A DNA stretch of 64,000 nt from Candidatus Enterousia sp. (GCA_045546195.1 JAZQCH010000002.1:23328-87327), one strand, 5' to 3'. Numbered from the stretch's first letter, positions 29,405 through 40,429 are shown. Program-made: numbers and translations. The notes: a model not told the origin generated them from the letters alone.

Positions 29405-29450
29405 TTTAATTCTCTCTTTTCCACATTTTATCATTTTTCGCATATTTGAA

Positions 29451-29831
29451 TCAAGCACTTATTCCATAAACACCCGCCAAATACAGAACATATGATTCAT
29501 ACGCACGGTTGTACATATCATATGCCGTCTGGTTATCGCCCGCCAACTGGGCCTGTTCTGCGGTTTTCATGTCGCGCATCGCCTGAACCAACATACCACG
29601 AATTTCATCAGCGTCCGCACCGTTTTTTGCGACCCTGTGCGCCATTGGTGCCATCAAAGACTGGCGAACATCAGTCACCATTTGCCCAACTGGACTGTCC
29701 GGTGCTATATCCTCAATCGCCACCAGATTCATCAACGCAATCGTCAAATCCTGGTCTGATGACAAATCCAATGGGTTTGCCTTGTTTGACGCATCCGTCC
29801 GTTCAACAATCTGTCTCAGATTCTTTTTCAC
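29451..29831 (-). CDS. Hypothetical protein (126 aa)
   Basis: ORF coupled to rsmH by GTGA overlap; helical sequence. Confidence 0.75.
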   Translation of the reverse strand: MKKNLRQIVERTDASNKANPLDLSSDQDLTIALMNLVAIEDIAPDSPVGQMVTDVRQSLMAPMAHRVAKNGADADEIRGMLVQAMRDMKTAEQAQLAGDNQTAYDMYNRAYESYVLYLAGVYGISA

Positions 29832-30694
29832 ACGTCACCCCCATTTTTTATCACGCCACGCATATGCGCCGAACGCGCGCGCGGATTGTGTTCCAGTTCC
29901 GCGTCCGTCGGCACAGCGGCTTTTATTAAACTAAACGGTGCCGCCACAACCACAGGCATCCGTGGGTCGCCGGGCGCAATTGTCCACGACCGAAAAGTAT
30001 TCTTAACAATCCTGTCTTCCAACGAATGAAATGTCACACACACGCATTTGCCACCTGGCACCAACAATCCCGGCACATGCGCCAACGCACGTTCCAGTTC
30101 GCCCATTTCATCGTTCACAGCAATCCGCAACGCCTGGAATACCGGCGCGACATCTTTTGGATTATGAATCAAATCACGCAATCCAAATGTTGTCTGGGGA
30201 CGCGCGTCTTTAATCGCGCGCGCCAATATGTTCGCCTTTTTAACATCGCCATAGTTTCGCAACACATCCGCTAATTCTGTCACAGACATCTGCTCGATCA
30301 ACTGGGCGGCGGTTAATCCATTTTGTTCCATCCGCATATCCAGGGCTGCGTCCGCACGAAACGAAAAACCACGTTCTGGGATATCAATCTGCATCGACGA
30401 AATACCCAAATCAAAAACGATTGCGTCAACCGATTGTTCTAAATCAGCAATACTTGAAAACGGCTGCGGAATAAATTTAAATCTGTCACCAAACTCGCCC
30501 AGCATCGCATTCGCGTCCGCCACAACATTTGGGTCGCGATCAAACGCAATAACATTTGCCCCACGCCCCAGAAACGCCCGACTGTATCCACCCGCACCAA
30601 ATGTACAGTCCACAACCATCTTGCCCTGAATGTCCCCCAGCGCGTCCAACACTGCGCCCAACAAAACCGGAATATGTTTCTGTGTTGTCGCCAT
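29828..30694 (-). CDS. rsmH: 16S rRNA m4C1402 methyltransferase
   Basis: HIPVLL, DCTFGAGGYS, DLGISSMQID..RGFSF, LDMRM, FQALRIAVNDE, TFHSLEDR, NPRARSA. Confidence 0.97.
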   Translation of the reverse strand: MATTQKHIPVLLGAVLDALGDIQGKMVVDCTFGAGGYSRAFLGRGANVIAFDRDPNVVADANAMLGEFGDRFKFIPQPFSSIADLEQSVDAIVFDLGISSMQIDIPERGFSFRADAALDMRMEQNGLTAAQLIEQMSVTELADVLRNYGDVKKANILARAIKDARPQTTFGLRDLIHNPKDVAPVFQALRIAVNDEMGELERALAHVPGLLVPGGKCVCVTFHSLEDRIVKNTFRSWTIAPGDPRMPVVVAAPFSLIKAAVPTDAELEHNPRARSAHMRGVIKNGGDV

Positions 30695-30696
30695 GG

Positions 30697-33600
30697 CTAT
30701 TCCACCTCTACCTTAATCCCCAGTGCGCTTAAATCTGCCACAGTCGTCGCCCCCAGTTCCACGCCACCCGGTAACGCGACGGTCGCGGTCTTTTCCGCAC
30801 CGTGTAACACCATTTCCACCCGCGTATAACCACGGGGCAGGGCCACAATCGCCTTTTTTACATCTTGTAACACTGCGCCATCACGAATATCCAATGTGAC
30901 TTTCTTGGCAATCTTCGCCACCCATTGATTCAGCGGTGTAATTGAATCCACAAATATCGACACCCGGTCGTCACGATTGGATGTTTTACCCGAAATCAAC
31001 ACAACCGTATCATTCGCCAAAATCTGCGAAAACTCAATCGCAGAATCCCCGAACGCCACCGCATCAATATTGCCTGCGCTGTCGGACGCGTTAATCGTAA
31101 TCATTTCTTTGCCGGTCTTGGTGCGACGGCGGCTAAATGAATTTACATTTGCGGCAATTTGTACCGGTTTGCGGTCGCCCAGCGATTCCAGCGTTGCGCT
31201 TGTCGCCAAATTGGTACGCCCAATCAAATGCTTATATTGGTCCAATGGATGGGCAGATATATAGAATCCCAACGCCGACAATTCATTTTCTAATTTCTGA
31301 CCGAATGTCCACGGTTCAGTCTTGGGTAAATTTTTGCGCAGTCTGTCTTCGGACACATCATCTTCGACCGTATTCGCAAACAGCGACAACATATTCGCCC
31401 CATCCTTGGACTTAGCCGCATATGACAAAATCGCATCTGCGTTCATATAAATCAACGCCCGATTTGGCTCTAACGAATCCAGAACGCCGGTCTTGGCAAA
31501 CGCTTCCAAAATGCGCTTATTCATAATCGACGCACAGCGTTTGGCAAAATCCGTCAGATTCTTGAACTTTCCGTTTGCGTTGCGTTCTGCGACAATCGCG
31601 TCGGTCGCAACGGTTCCGACACCCTTTAACGCCGCCAGTCCATAAATAATCTTGCCGTCACGCACTGTGAATAATGAATCACTTTCGTTAATATCCGGCG
31701 CGACAATCTGAATACCAAAATTCGACTTGGCATCATCCACAAAGATTGCCAACTGGTCTGTATCGTTCAGATTACTGGACATAGACGCCGCCAGAAATTC
31801 CGGCGTATAGTTTGCTTTCAAATACGCACATTGGTTTGCCACAATGGAATAGGCAATCGCATGCGATTTATTAAACGCATACTTCGCAAAATCCTTGAAC
31901 TTTTCCCACAGGTCTTTGGCAGTTGCGCGGTCCAGCGTGCCTTCCTTTTCGCACCCTTCATAGAACTTGCCTTCCAATTCGTCCAACATGGCGATAATCT
32001 TTTTTCCCATGGCTTTTCGCACGTTGTCCGATTGTCCGCGTGTAAATCCCGCCAACACACGTGTTAGCTGCATAACCTGTTCCTGGTACACGATAATACC
32101 GTATGTTTCTTTAAGAATTGGTATCGCCCGTTCATGTACATACTCAATTTCTTCTTCACCATGCATACGCGCAATAAATTGTGGAATAAATGCGATTGGT
32201 CCTGGACGATTCAACGCATTCAATGCCGATATTTCCAAGAAACTGGTCGGATGCATTTTCCGCAGCGTCTGTTGAACAAACGGGGCATCAAACTGGAATA
32301 TTCCTTCGGTCAACCCCTGCTGCCATAACCGCATAGTTTTCGCATCATCGGTCGGAATCTGGTCCAGGTCAATGTTAATCCCGCGCGTCTGCTGAATCAG
32401 TCGCGTTGCGTATTTCAGCACCACCAGCGTTTCCAATCCCAAAAAGTCAAACTTAATCAACCCCGATTTTTCCAGATACTTACCATCGAACTGACACGAC
32501 GGTAACGGGTTGGCTGGGTCGCGATAAACCGGTGCAATCTTGGTTGTGGGTCGGTCACCAATAACAACCCCGCACGCATGTTGCCCCAGATTACGCAGGG
32601 AACCTTCTAATTCTTCGGCGACGGTCACAACTTTGTTTAAATCTTCGTCATTATTCAAAATATCCTGAATTTCTGTGGACATCCCAACCGCATCTTTCAG
32701 CGTCTTGGCATCCTGGGGAATCAGTTTTGACAGCCTGTCTGATTTGGAATAGGGCATCCCGTACACGCGCCCAATATCGCGAATTGCCCCGCGTGCCTGT
32801 AATGACCCAAACGTAATAATACGACACACAGAATCATGCCCATATTTATCACACACATACGCCAACACGCGTTCAATACCCGTCGGTTCAAAATCCACGT
32901 CAAAGTCCGGCATAGAAATACGGTCTGGATTCAAGAATCGTTCAAACAGCAACCCATATTTCAACGGGTCAACATTGGTAATCCCCAATGCCCACGCCAC
33001 AATTGAACCCGCCCCCGAACCGCGCCCCGGCCCAGTCAAAACATCATTATTGCGACACCAATCGATATAGTCGGCAACGATTAAGAAATACCCCGGGAAC
33101 CCCATCCCGATAATAACGCCCAGTTCAAATTCAGCCTGGTCGTAATATGGTTGGGTATCTGTAATGCCGTGCTGTTCCAGTCTGCGTTTCAGCCCAGTCA
33201 TAGTATTATCACGCAGCATCTGACACTCGGTTTCTAAATCATCACCAAATCGTGGCAACAATGGCTTTTCGTGAACATTTACCATAAAACCACAACGCTG
33301 TGAAATCAGCACTGTATTTTCAATCGCTTCGGGCAGGTCGGAAAAAATTTCCGCCATCTGTTCATATGATTTAAAATACTGTTCTGATGATTTCCGTGGT
33401 CGTTCTGGGTCAATAACCTTGGTCTGGCCCAACACACACCCCAACGCGTCCGCAGATTCATAGTCTGTATCCGCGGCAAAGCAAACATCATTTGTCGCAA
33501 CAATCGGAATGTTTAATTCGCGCGCGATGTTCAAAAATCCCGGCTCTGTTTTAATTTCATCTTCCAGCCCATGACGCTGAATTTCAATATAGAATCTGTC

Positions 33601-34104
33601 GCCAAATATTTCCAGGAACTTTTTGGCATACTCACGTGCCTGACCATCTTGACCGTTTAAAATCGCCATCCCCAGTGGCCCCAGATGTGCCCCCGACAAA
33701 CAAATCAATCCATCACTGTGGCTGGCTAATTCATCGAACGAAATATGCGCCCCCAGATGATGATTTTCCCCCCGCATGTACATAATACGGTTTAATTCAC
33801 ACAGGTTCAAATACCCCGTATGATTTTGCGCCAACAAAACAATCTTGGACAACGAACTGGCGCGCAGTATTTTTGGGTCTGCGGTATGGTGATTTAACGA
33901 AATCTCGACCCCAATAATCGGTTGCAACTTATTTGATGGCATAACATCAGAAAATTCTGCGCACCCCGACATCAGGTTCGTATCCGTCAATGCGCACGCC
34001 GTCATCCCTGTCGCCGCACACAACTTTGGTATTTGTTTGATGGTCAGTGTACTGGCCCCCACCGAAAAACGCGAATGTGTACGAAGATGAACGAACTGCT
34101 GCAT
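30697..34104 (-). CDS. dnaE: DNA polymerase III alpha subunit
   Basis: PHP domain FVHLRTHS, GPGRGSGAGS, FERFLNPDRISMPDFDVDF, KFDFLGL, YAFNKSHA. Confidence 0.98.
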   Translation of the reverse strand: MQQFVHLRTHSRFSVGASTLTIKQIPKLCAATGMTACALTDTNLMSGCAEFSDVMPSNKLQPIIGVEISLNHHTADPKILRASSLSKIVLLAQNHTGYLNLCELNRIMYMRGENHHLGAHISFDELASHSDGLICLSGAHLGPLGMAILNGQDGQAREYAKKFLEIFGDRFYIEIQRHGLEDEIKTEPGFLNIARELNIPIVATNDVCFAADTDYESADALGCVLGQTKVIDPERPRKSSEQYFKSYEQMAEIFSDLPEAIENTVLISQRCGFMVNVHEKPLLPRFGDDLETECQMLRDNTMTGLKRRLEQHGITDTQPYYDQAEFELGVIIGMGFPGYFLIVADYIDWCRNNDVLTGPGRGSGAGSIVAWALGITNVDPLKYGLLFERFLNPDRISMPDFDVDFEPTGIERVLAYVCDKYGHDSVCRIITFGSLQARGAIRDIGRVYGMPYSKSDRLSKLIPQDAKTLKDAVGMSTEIQDILNNDEDLNKVVTVAEELEGSLRNLGQHACGVVIGDRPTTKIAPVYRDPANPLPSCQFDGKYLEKSGLIKFDFLGLETLVVLKYATRLIQQTRGINIDLDQIPTDDAKTMRLWQQGLTEGIFQFDAPFVQQTLRKMHPTSFLEISALNALNRPGPIAFIPQFIARMHGEEEIEYVHERAIPILKETYGIIVYQEQVMQLTRVLAGFTRGQSDNVRKAMGKKIIAMLDELEGKFYEGCEKEGTLDRATAKDLWEKFKDFAKYAFNKSHAIAYSIVANQCAYLKANYTPEFLAASMSSNLNDTDQLAIFVDDAKSNFGIQIVAPDINESDSLFTVRDGKIIYGLAALKGVGTVATDAIVAERNANGKFKNLTDFAKRCASIMNKRILEAFAKTGVLDSLEPNRALIYMNADAILSYAAKSKDGANMLSLFANTVEDDVSEDRLRKNLPKTEPWTFGQKLENELSALGFYISAHPLDQYKHLIGRTNLATSATLESLGDRKPVQIAANVNSFSRRRTKTGKEMITINASDSAGNIDAVAFGDSAIEFSQILANDTVVLISGKTSNRDDRVSIFVDSITPLNQWVAKIAKKVTLDIRDGAVLQDVKKAIVALPRGYTRVEMVLHGAEKTATVALPGGVELGATTVADLSALGIKVEVE

Positions 34105-34173
34105 ATCCCCTTTCCCTTTTATACCTTTTTATGCGAACAAATAAAATAATCCGAATAAATTGCACTAAAAAAC

Positions 34174-36786
34174 TTAGTGCAATTTACCACAGCAATGTTT
34201 GAATTTCAGTCCCGAACCACATGGACACGGCGCATTACGACGGCTGTCGCTGCCGGCGGCCTGATTCAGTCCCGCGTCATGCTTGGCGCGTTCTGCTTCG
34301 GTTGCGGCGACATCATCACGCGTCAATTCCATACGACATATATACGAAATTGACATAATTTTGAAATTATTCACAGTATTCTTGAACAAATCCAACGCTT
34401 CGCGCTTGTATTCGTACAGTGGATTCTTTTGGGCATAACCACGCAATCCAATCGCACTCTGCAGATAATCCATCTGCTGTAAATGCTTTTTCCAGACCGC
34501 ATCCAACGCACCCAACATCATCTGGCGCGACGCCATCTGCATCAATTCAGGTCCATATTTTGCTGCCTGTTGTTCATATCTGCGCATTGCCAGATTATAC
34601 AGTGTTTCATATGCCTTGCGTTCTGTTATCTGTTCGTCGGTTTTCCATTTTTCAATATCTGTAATATCCAACGCGAACACGCGCATCATCGCATTGTGAA
34701 TCGCGTTCAGATTCCAATCCGCCGGCATCGCCTTTTCTGGGATGCTGTTTTCACAGATGATTTCAACAACATCGCCAATCATTTCGGTCGCCAATGGCTT
34801 TAAATCATCGGCCGTCATCAAATCATCGCGCTGTTTATAAATAACCGTACGCTGTTCATTTGCCACATCGTCGTATTTCAGCAATTCTTTACGTGCTTCG
34901 AAATATCTGGCTTCGACGCGTTTCTGTGCTTTTTCCAATGCCTTCGTAATCCATGGGTGGGTAATTGCTTCGCCGGTTTTCAGTCCCAACGTCGTCAACA
35001 TCCCCTGCAGACGCGCCGCCCCAAATATACGCATCAAATCATCGTCCAACGCCAAAAAGAACTTAGAATCACCTGGGTCACCCTGACGACCTGAACGCCC
35101 ACGCAGCTGATTATCGATACGACGCGATTCATGACGTTCTGTGCCGATTACATACAGACCACCTGCGTCCAACACCAACTTCTTGTTTGCTTCAATCGTG
35201 GCATAGATTTCCTTCTTTTTATCTTCGAAATCCGGCGCATCCGCATCCAATGCCGCAATCAGTTCTTCGGCATTACCGCCCAATTTAATATCAGTACCAC
35301 GCCCCGCCATATTGGTTGCGATTGTCAACGCCCCTGGGGCACCAGCCTGGGCAACAATCTTTGCTTCGGATTCGTGATGCTTTGCGTTCAGAACCGCCGG
35401 TTCAACACCCAACTTTTTGCGAACGATTGCGGCCAATTCTTCAGACTTTTCAATCGAAACCGTACCAACCAGAACCGGTTGCTTGCGCGCCAAACAATCT
35501 GAAATTTGTTTCAAGATTGCGTCGTACTTTTCGTCTTTGTTGCGATAAATTTCATCATGATGGTCATTACGCGCCACCGGACGATTTGTTGGAATTGACA
35601 CCACCCGCAGTTTATAGATTTCTTCAAATTCTGCGGCCTCGGTCATGGCCGTTCCGGTCATACCCGACAACGTTGGATACAGACGGAACAGGTTCTGATA
35701 TGAAATACTGGACACAGTCTGATTTTCCGGCTGAACTTTAACATGTTCTTTTGCTTCAATCGCCTGGTGTAATCCTTTGCCGAAACGACGACCACTCATC
35801 ACACGACCGGTAAATTCATCAACGATTAAGATTTCCCCGCCACGCACAACATAGTTCACATTTTTCTGGTACAAATGATGCGCCAACAGCGACTGTTGAA
35901 TATGCATAACCAACGCCGCGTTTTCCGACGCGTACAAATTATCGCCAACCAACAACCCCGCATCTTTTAGCAAACGCGTTGCTGTATCAACCCCACTTTC
36001 CGTCAGTGTCACATGTCTGTCTTTTTCATCCTTCTTGAAATCATTTTCACCAAATTGCGCAACAACCGTATCAACCTTGGCGTACAGTTCGCTGGTGTCT
36101 TCGGCTGGTCCTGAAATAATCAATGGTGTACGCGCTTCGTCGATTAAGATACTGTCCACTTCGTCAACAATCGCATAAAAGAACGGGCGCAAAACCTGCT
36201 GTTTTTTACTAAACTTCATATTATCACGCAGATAATCAAATCCCAATTCTGAATTCGTCACATATGTAATATCACATGCGTATGCCGCGCGTCTTTCTTC
36301 GTCGGTCATATCATGCTGAATAATACCAACCGTCAACCCCAAGAAACGATAGATTTCACCCATCCACGACGCGTCACGCGACGCCAAATAATCATTAACC
36401 GTAATCAGATGTGCGCCCTTGCCATGTAACGCCTTCAGATACATCGCCAACGTTGCGACCAATGTCTTACCTTCACCGGTTTTCATTTCGGCAATCTGTC
36501 CATTGGTCAAAACCATCCCACCAATCATCTGGACATTAAAATGACGCAAACCAATTGTACGAATTGATGCCTCGCGCACTAATGCGAACGCATCCGGCAG
36601 AATATCTTTTTCCTTGTCACCTGCCGCCAATCGCGCCCGCAACACATCTGTCTGACTGCGCAACTCTTCATCCGACATCGCATGATATTTTGGTTCCAAA
36701 TCATTGATCAGGGATACAGTCTTATCATAACTCTTTACCAATCGGTCATTTGCCGACCCCAATAACATACCTAATATATTTTTCAT
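34174..36786 (-). CDS. secA: Preprotein translocase ATPase SecA
   Basis: EMKTGEGKTL, VDEVDSILIDEARTPLIISG, ATNMAGRGTDI, C-terminal RNAPCPCGSGLKFKHCCG. Confidence 0.98.
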   Translation of the reverse strand: MKNILGMLLGSANDRLVKSYDKTVSLINDLEPKYHAMSDEELRSQTDVLRARLAAGDKEKDILPDAFALVREASIRTIGLRHFNVQMIGGMVLTNGQIAEMKTGEGKTLVATLAMYLKALHGKGAHLITVNDYLASRDASWMGEIYRFLGLTVGIIQHDMTDEERRAAYACDITYVTNSELGFDYLRDNMKFSKKQQVLRPFFYAIVDEVDSILIDEARTPLIISGPAEDTSELYAKVDTVVAQFGENDFKKDEKDRHVTLTESGVDTATRLLKDAGLLVGDNLYASENAALVMHIQQSLLAHHLYQKNVNYVVRGGEILIVDEFTGRVMSGRRFGKGLHQAIEAKEHVKVQPENQTVSSISYQNLFRLYPTLSGMTGTAMTEAAEFEEIYKLRVVSIPTNRPVARNDHHDEIYRNKDEKYDAILKQISDCLARKQPVLVGTVSIEKSEELAAIVRKKLGVEPAVLNAKHHESEAKIVAQAGAPGALTIATNMAGRGTDIKLGGNAEELIAALDADAPDFEDKKKEIYATIEANKKLVLDAGGLYVIGTERHESRRIDNQLRGRSGRQGDPGDSKFFLALDDDLMRIFGAARLQGMLTTLGLKTGEAITHPWITKALEKAQKRVEARYFEARKELLKYDDVANEQRTVIYKQRDDLMTADDLKPLATEMIGDVVEIICENSIPEKAMPADWNLNAIHNAMMRVFALDITDIEKWKTDEQITERKAYETLYNLAMRRYEQQAAKYGPELMQMASRQMMLGALDAVWKKHLQQMDYLQSAIGLRGYAQKNPLYEYKREALDLFKNTVNNFKIMSISYICRMELTRDDVAATEAERAKHDAGLNQAAGSDSRRNAPCPCGSGLKFKHCCGKLH

Positions 36787-36936
36787 AACCTTTTTCCTTA
36801 CTTTTATCACGAAATATATAGCAATTTTGCGCCTTTCGGTCAAGATACTTTATGATATAATAACTTTATCTAAAATTAACAAGTGCGAAACGCAAAAATT
36901 TATGATAGAATAGGGCACAACGGGGGGGATAAATTC

Positions 36937-37152
36937 ATGCAACAGCCAATTAAGAAACTAAATCCATCAGATATTACCAGTGACGTCTATATTATTGCCC
37001 CGACACAAATCGAATATATCTCGCGCCTGTTTGGGAATACGGTCGCCGACACGATGAACATGCGCACATTTGCGCCAAAAATCCGTCAAATCGCGGAACA
37101 GGCCCTGCGTCACGCGCTTAATTCCGCAAAAACCATGGGCGAATCCAAATAA
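36937..37152 (+). CDS. Small hypothetical protein (71 aa)
   Basis: ATG after G-rich SD, followed directly by a terminator. Confidence 0.6.
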   Translation: MQQPIKKLNPSDITSDVYIIAPTQIEYISRLFGNTVADTMNMRTFAPKIRQIAEQALRHALNSAKTMGESK

Positions 37153-37177
37153 AAAACCGCCATCGGCGGTTCTTTTT
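37151..37177. terminator. Bidirectional terminator
   Basis: AAAAAACCGCC-atc-GGCGGTTCTTTTT. Confidence 0.8.
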
Positions 37178-38284
37178 TTATCGTTGTTTCAGATTTTCAA
37201 TCAACTCTACAAACAAAATCCGTGCGCCATCTAATGCGGCGTCGCGCCAACGCACGTCCGACGGATACCAACTTTCGGTCAGATTTTTCCATGTTTGTGT
37301 GTTTATCCGCCCACTGTTCAGCAAATCATAACGCGCATCCCCCATATCCATCCGCTTGTAAATCGGTGACATAATTGGAAATTCCCCTGTGCCAATTTCA
37401 AAATCAGCGGTATAAACTGGAATTTCTGGCGCGGCATAGCGCACCTCTAAACAATCCACCAAATCCCCCAGCAACACTGGCCCATTTGCGGCACTTTCAT
37501 ACGAAACAACCGTCGTCCCATGCAACATATTCGCAAAATATTGTGTATTTTTATGCTGGGCTGGATGTGAAACAACCAACTGACCTGTCACGCGTCCCTG
37601 TTTTCTGTCAAATCGTCCCAACCCGGTATGCAGCCCAATTGAAGTCAAGGATTTTGCACCACGCATCACTTCGTCATAGATACGCATTGTCATTTTGTTT
37701 TCTGTCATCGGTGCCGCCCCGCCATAAAACAACCCATATGGATGTTTATATTGCCCACGACTGATTGCGTCCCACGCGCCATCTTTTCTGTGTTTGTGAT
37801 AAAAATTTTTAATTGCGTTCTTTTTCTGAACTGCGTCCGGCTTGGCCAGCAACATATCATGCGCCAAATCATATTTCGGATTCTGGGGCAGGGCATCTGG
37901 ACGGCTAAAATCCACCCCAAAGTTACGGTTTAAATCCACCAAACCACCGCGTTTTGTATCCAGTACTTCGCGCATACGATTCTGCATCCCCCAACCATTG
38001 ATAACATGAATCAACACAATGGTATATTTCTGTAAAAAATCCGGGGTTAAATCACGGGCGAATTTGTCCAGGAACATATTCTGTGCCGCACTGCCAAAGA
38101 ATCCTTCGATTCCATGAACACCTGAATTTATAACAATCTTGTGTGGGCCACTACCAATCAAAACATATGGGATATCAAAATTATGCCCATCGGCCACACA
38201 CCACCGCAATTCACCAAACTGTGGTGCGGTTTTATAGAACTGTTCCGTTGCCTGGTGCCAATTTTCAGAATAATAATTTTTCAT
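37178..38284 (-). CDS. DUF2817 / M14-like zinc carboxypeptidase family protein
   Basis: SGVHGIEGFFGSAAQ (HxxE), HVINGWG, VDLNRNF, GLFYGG, LHTGLG. Confidence 0.8.
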   Translation of the reverse strand: MKNYYSENWHQATEQFYKTAPQFGELRWCVADGHNFDIPYVLIGSGPHKIVINSGVHGIEGFFGSAAQNMFLDKFARDLTPDFLQKYTIVLIHVINGWGMQNRMREVLDTKRGGLVDLNRNFGVDFSRPDALPQNPKYDLAHDMLLAKPDAVQKKNAIKNFYHKHRKDGAWDAISRGQYKHPYGLFYGGAAPMTENKMTMRIYDEVMRGAKSLTSIGLHTGLGRFDRKQGRVTGQLVVSHPAQHKNTQYFANMLHGTTVVSYESAANGPVLLGDLVDCLEVRYAAPEIPVYTADFEIGTGEFPIMSPIYKRMDMGDARYDLLNSGRINTQTWKNLTESWYPSDVRWRDAALDGARILFVELIENLKQR

Positions 38285-38322
38285 AATTATGCCTTTGGTT
38301 TTTCTCTCTCCGCCGGCGTGCC

Positions 38323-39138
38323 TTACATTACTTTACCCTGTGTTGGATAAAAAGTTAACTGAATTTTTTCCCACTTTGAAAACTCGTTAACCGGCAACAT
38401 CCGGAACGGCTGACAAACATTGATTGCGTTTCTGATTGTTTCCAACACATACGCAAACGCCGGGTCGGTATCAGCACGCGCCGCCGATTCAAACCACACA
38501 TCCCGCACAGTGCCGTTTTTACGCATAGTCAAATGTGCCACCGCACGAATATCCGAAATATCCGGCCGTTTTGTATCAATTACCCAGCATCGCGTCATCG
38601 CGACACGCAACGCATCAACCACAGACACCGTCAATGTGCGTTCCAACGATAACACTTCACGATTTACACGCACAACCTTCTTTTTGCGTGGTGCCGCAGG
38701 TGCGGGTTCAACCGGTTTTGATTCCGGTTTTACTTCTTCTGGCTTTTTCTCGGGCTCTTTTTCTGGCTCCGCCTCTGGCTCTTGTACTTCTGGTTCGGGC
38801 TCTGGCTTTGGTTCTTCGACCAATGTTGGTGCCTCGATTTCTATCTTTTCAGGTTCTTCTGCGGGCACTTCTTCTTTATCAGGCTGCGCAACCGGCGCAG
38901 GCGTCGGTTCTTCGGGTTTTGATTCAACCACCTGGCCAACATTGTACAGTTTTGTTTCATCCCCGCTAACAACAACATCGTTCAAATCGATTTCCATGAT
39001 TTGAATTCTGTCAGGTGCCACCAACTGTGCGCGATTAACAATAATCGCAAACGATGTAATCATAATCGCCACCAACGCCAGATGCCCACCCACCGACATT
39101 AACAAGTTTTCTGTTGAAAATTGATTAAATTTAGCCAT
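38323..39138 (-). CDS. tolA: TolA/TonB-like energy transducer
   Basis: N-terminal TM with SxxxH, Pro/Glu-rich linker, C-terminal RCW...AINVCQPF..LP...W...LTF.P; downstream of tolQR. Confidence 0.85.
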   Translation of the reverse strand: MAKFNQFSTENLLMSVGGHLALVAIMITSFAIIVNRAQLVAPDRIQIMEIDLNDVVVSGDETKLYNVGQVVESKPEEPTPAPVAQPDKEEVPAEEPEKIEIEAPTLVEEPKPEPEPEVQEPEAEPEKEPEKKPEEVKPESKPVEPAPAAPRKKKVVRVNREVLSLERTLTVSVVDALRVAMTRCWVIDTKRPDISDIRAVAHLTMRKNGTVRDVWFESAARADTDPAFAYVLETIRNAINVCQPFRMLPVNEFSKWEKIQLTFYPTQGKVM

Positions 39139-39143
39139 TGATT

Positions 39144-39557
39144 TTATTCTGGTTGTGTACGCAGTCCAACTTTCTGAAAACCTGAATCCTTTAATTTACC
39201 CATCATGCTCATCACTGCGCCATAGTCCGCATGTGTATCCCCACTAATCATAATGGTCAGGTTTGGATTTTCCCCACGCATCGCAATCGCGCGCTTTACA
39301 ATTTCATCGCGTGGCAATTCCATTTCCGACAAAAAGTACCGTCCATTGGAATCCACACTAATCTGAATCGCGTGGTCATTACCCGTCATTGCGGATGCAC
39401 CCGCGCGCGGCAATTCCAGGTCAATCCCCGTTGTCATCATTGGCGTTGTCACCATAAACACCGCCAACAGCACCGTCATAACGTCAATCATTGGCGTTAA
39501 CTGAATTGAAAAATCTGATTTATTGCGTCTTAATCTGGACATTTGCGCCACCATCAT
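39144..39557 (-). CDS. tolR: TolR/ExbD
   Basis: IQLTPMIDVMTVLLAVFMVTTP, GD...YGAVM..M..LKDSGFQKVGL. Confidence 0.9.
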   Translation of the reverse strand: MMVAQMSRLRRNKSDFSIQLTPMIDVMTVLLAVFMVTTPMMTTGIDLELPRAGASAMTGNDHAIQISVDSNGRYFLSEMELPRDEIVKRAIAMRGENPNLTIMISGDTHADYGAVMSMMGKLKDSGFQKVGLRTQPE

Positions 39558-40033
39558 TTATGGTTCTTGACTTCTTTACACGCGCATTCCAGCCGTTCAT
39601 ACAAATCGTCGGACTTCTTGGAATACACCTGATACGCAATCGCCGCTGGAATCGCAGCAATTAACCCCAACGCGGTTGTCCCCAACGCCACCGCCAACCC
39701 TGGGGCAATAACCCCAATGCTAACAGATTGATTCACGCCAATGGACGCAAACGAATCCATAACACCCCAAACGGTTCCGAACAGCCCAATAAATGGCGAA
39801 ATATAAGACACCATCGACAAAAACCACAAATTCTTATCAAACGGACGAATAAAGACATCCAAATTTTCATTTGGCTTCATCTTAACTGGATTCTTTTTCT
39901 GGGCACGCCACAGACGGAACTTTTCAATAATCACCGCCCACGACATTACGCTAAAAATCACCAACACAACCGACACAAAAACCGTCATAATGTCGCCTGT
40001 GAACAAACTTAACAAAGAAAAATTATTTCCCAT
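39554..40033 (-). CDS. tolQ: TolQ/ExbB proton channel (short form)
   Basis: SPFIGLFGTVWGVMDSF, IAPG..AL.TTALGLIAAIPA. Confidence 0.9.
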   Translation of the reverse strand: MGNNFSLLSLFTGDIMTVFVSVVLVIFSVMSWAVIIEKFRLWRAQKKNPVKMKPNENLDVFIRPFDKNLWFLSMVSYISPFIGLFGTVWGVMDSFASIGVNQSVSIGVIAPGLAVALGTTALGLIAAIPAAIAYQVYSKKSDDLYERLECACKEVKNHK

Positions 40034-40054
40034 TTCTCTCTTCCTTTTTTCTAA

Positions 40055-40429
40055 TTAAATCAAGCCCCTAATAAATTCTTCGGGTATCCGTTTTGGACGC
40101 ATATCCGCCCCCAAATACGCAACCCTAAGGTTTATTATAGCACAAATGTTCCCATCTTTCACGAACTTTTGTTCAATTTTTACAACCGCTGCCCCAACAT
40201 CAACCATCTGGGTTTCTACAACAAACTCGTCCGCGGCGCGCAACGGTTGAATATACTTAATATTTAATTCACGAATAACAAACCCAACATCATCACCCAC
40301 CACGACATGTCCACGCAGCCAATTCATACGTGCGCGTTCTGCGATTTCCAAATACCGTGCGTGATAAACAATCCCTTCGGCATCTGTGTCCGCATACGCA
40401 ATTGTGAACGGAAAAACATGAGTCCTCAT
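40055..40429 (-). CDS. ybgC: YbgC-family acyl-CoA thioesterase
   Basis: YADTDAEGIVYHARYL..AERAR; position upstream of tolQ. Confidence 0.9.
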   Translation of the reverse strand: MRTHVFPFTIAYADTDAEGIVYHARYLEIAERARMNWLRGHVVVGDDVGFVIRELNIKYIQPLRAADEFVVETQMVDVGAAVVKIEQKFVKDGNICAIINLRVAYLGADMRPKRIPEEFIRGLI

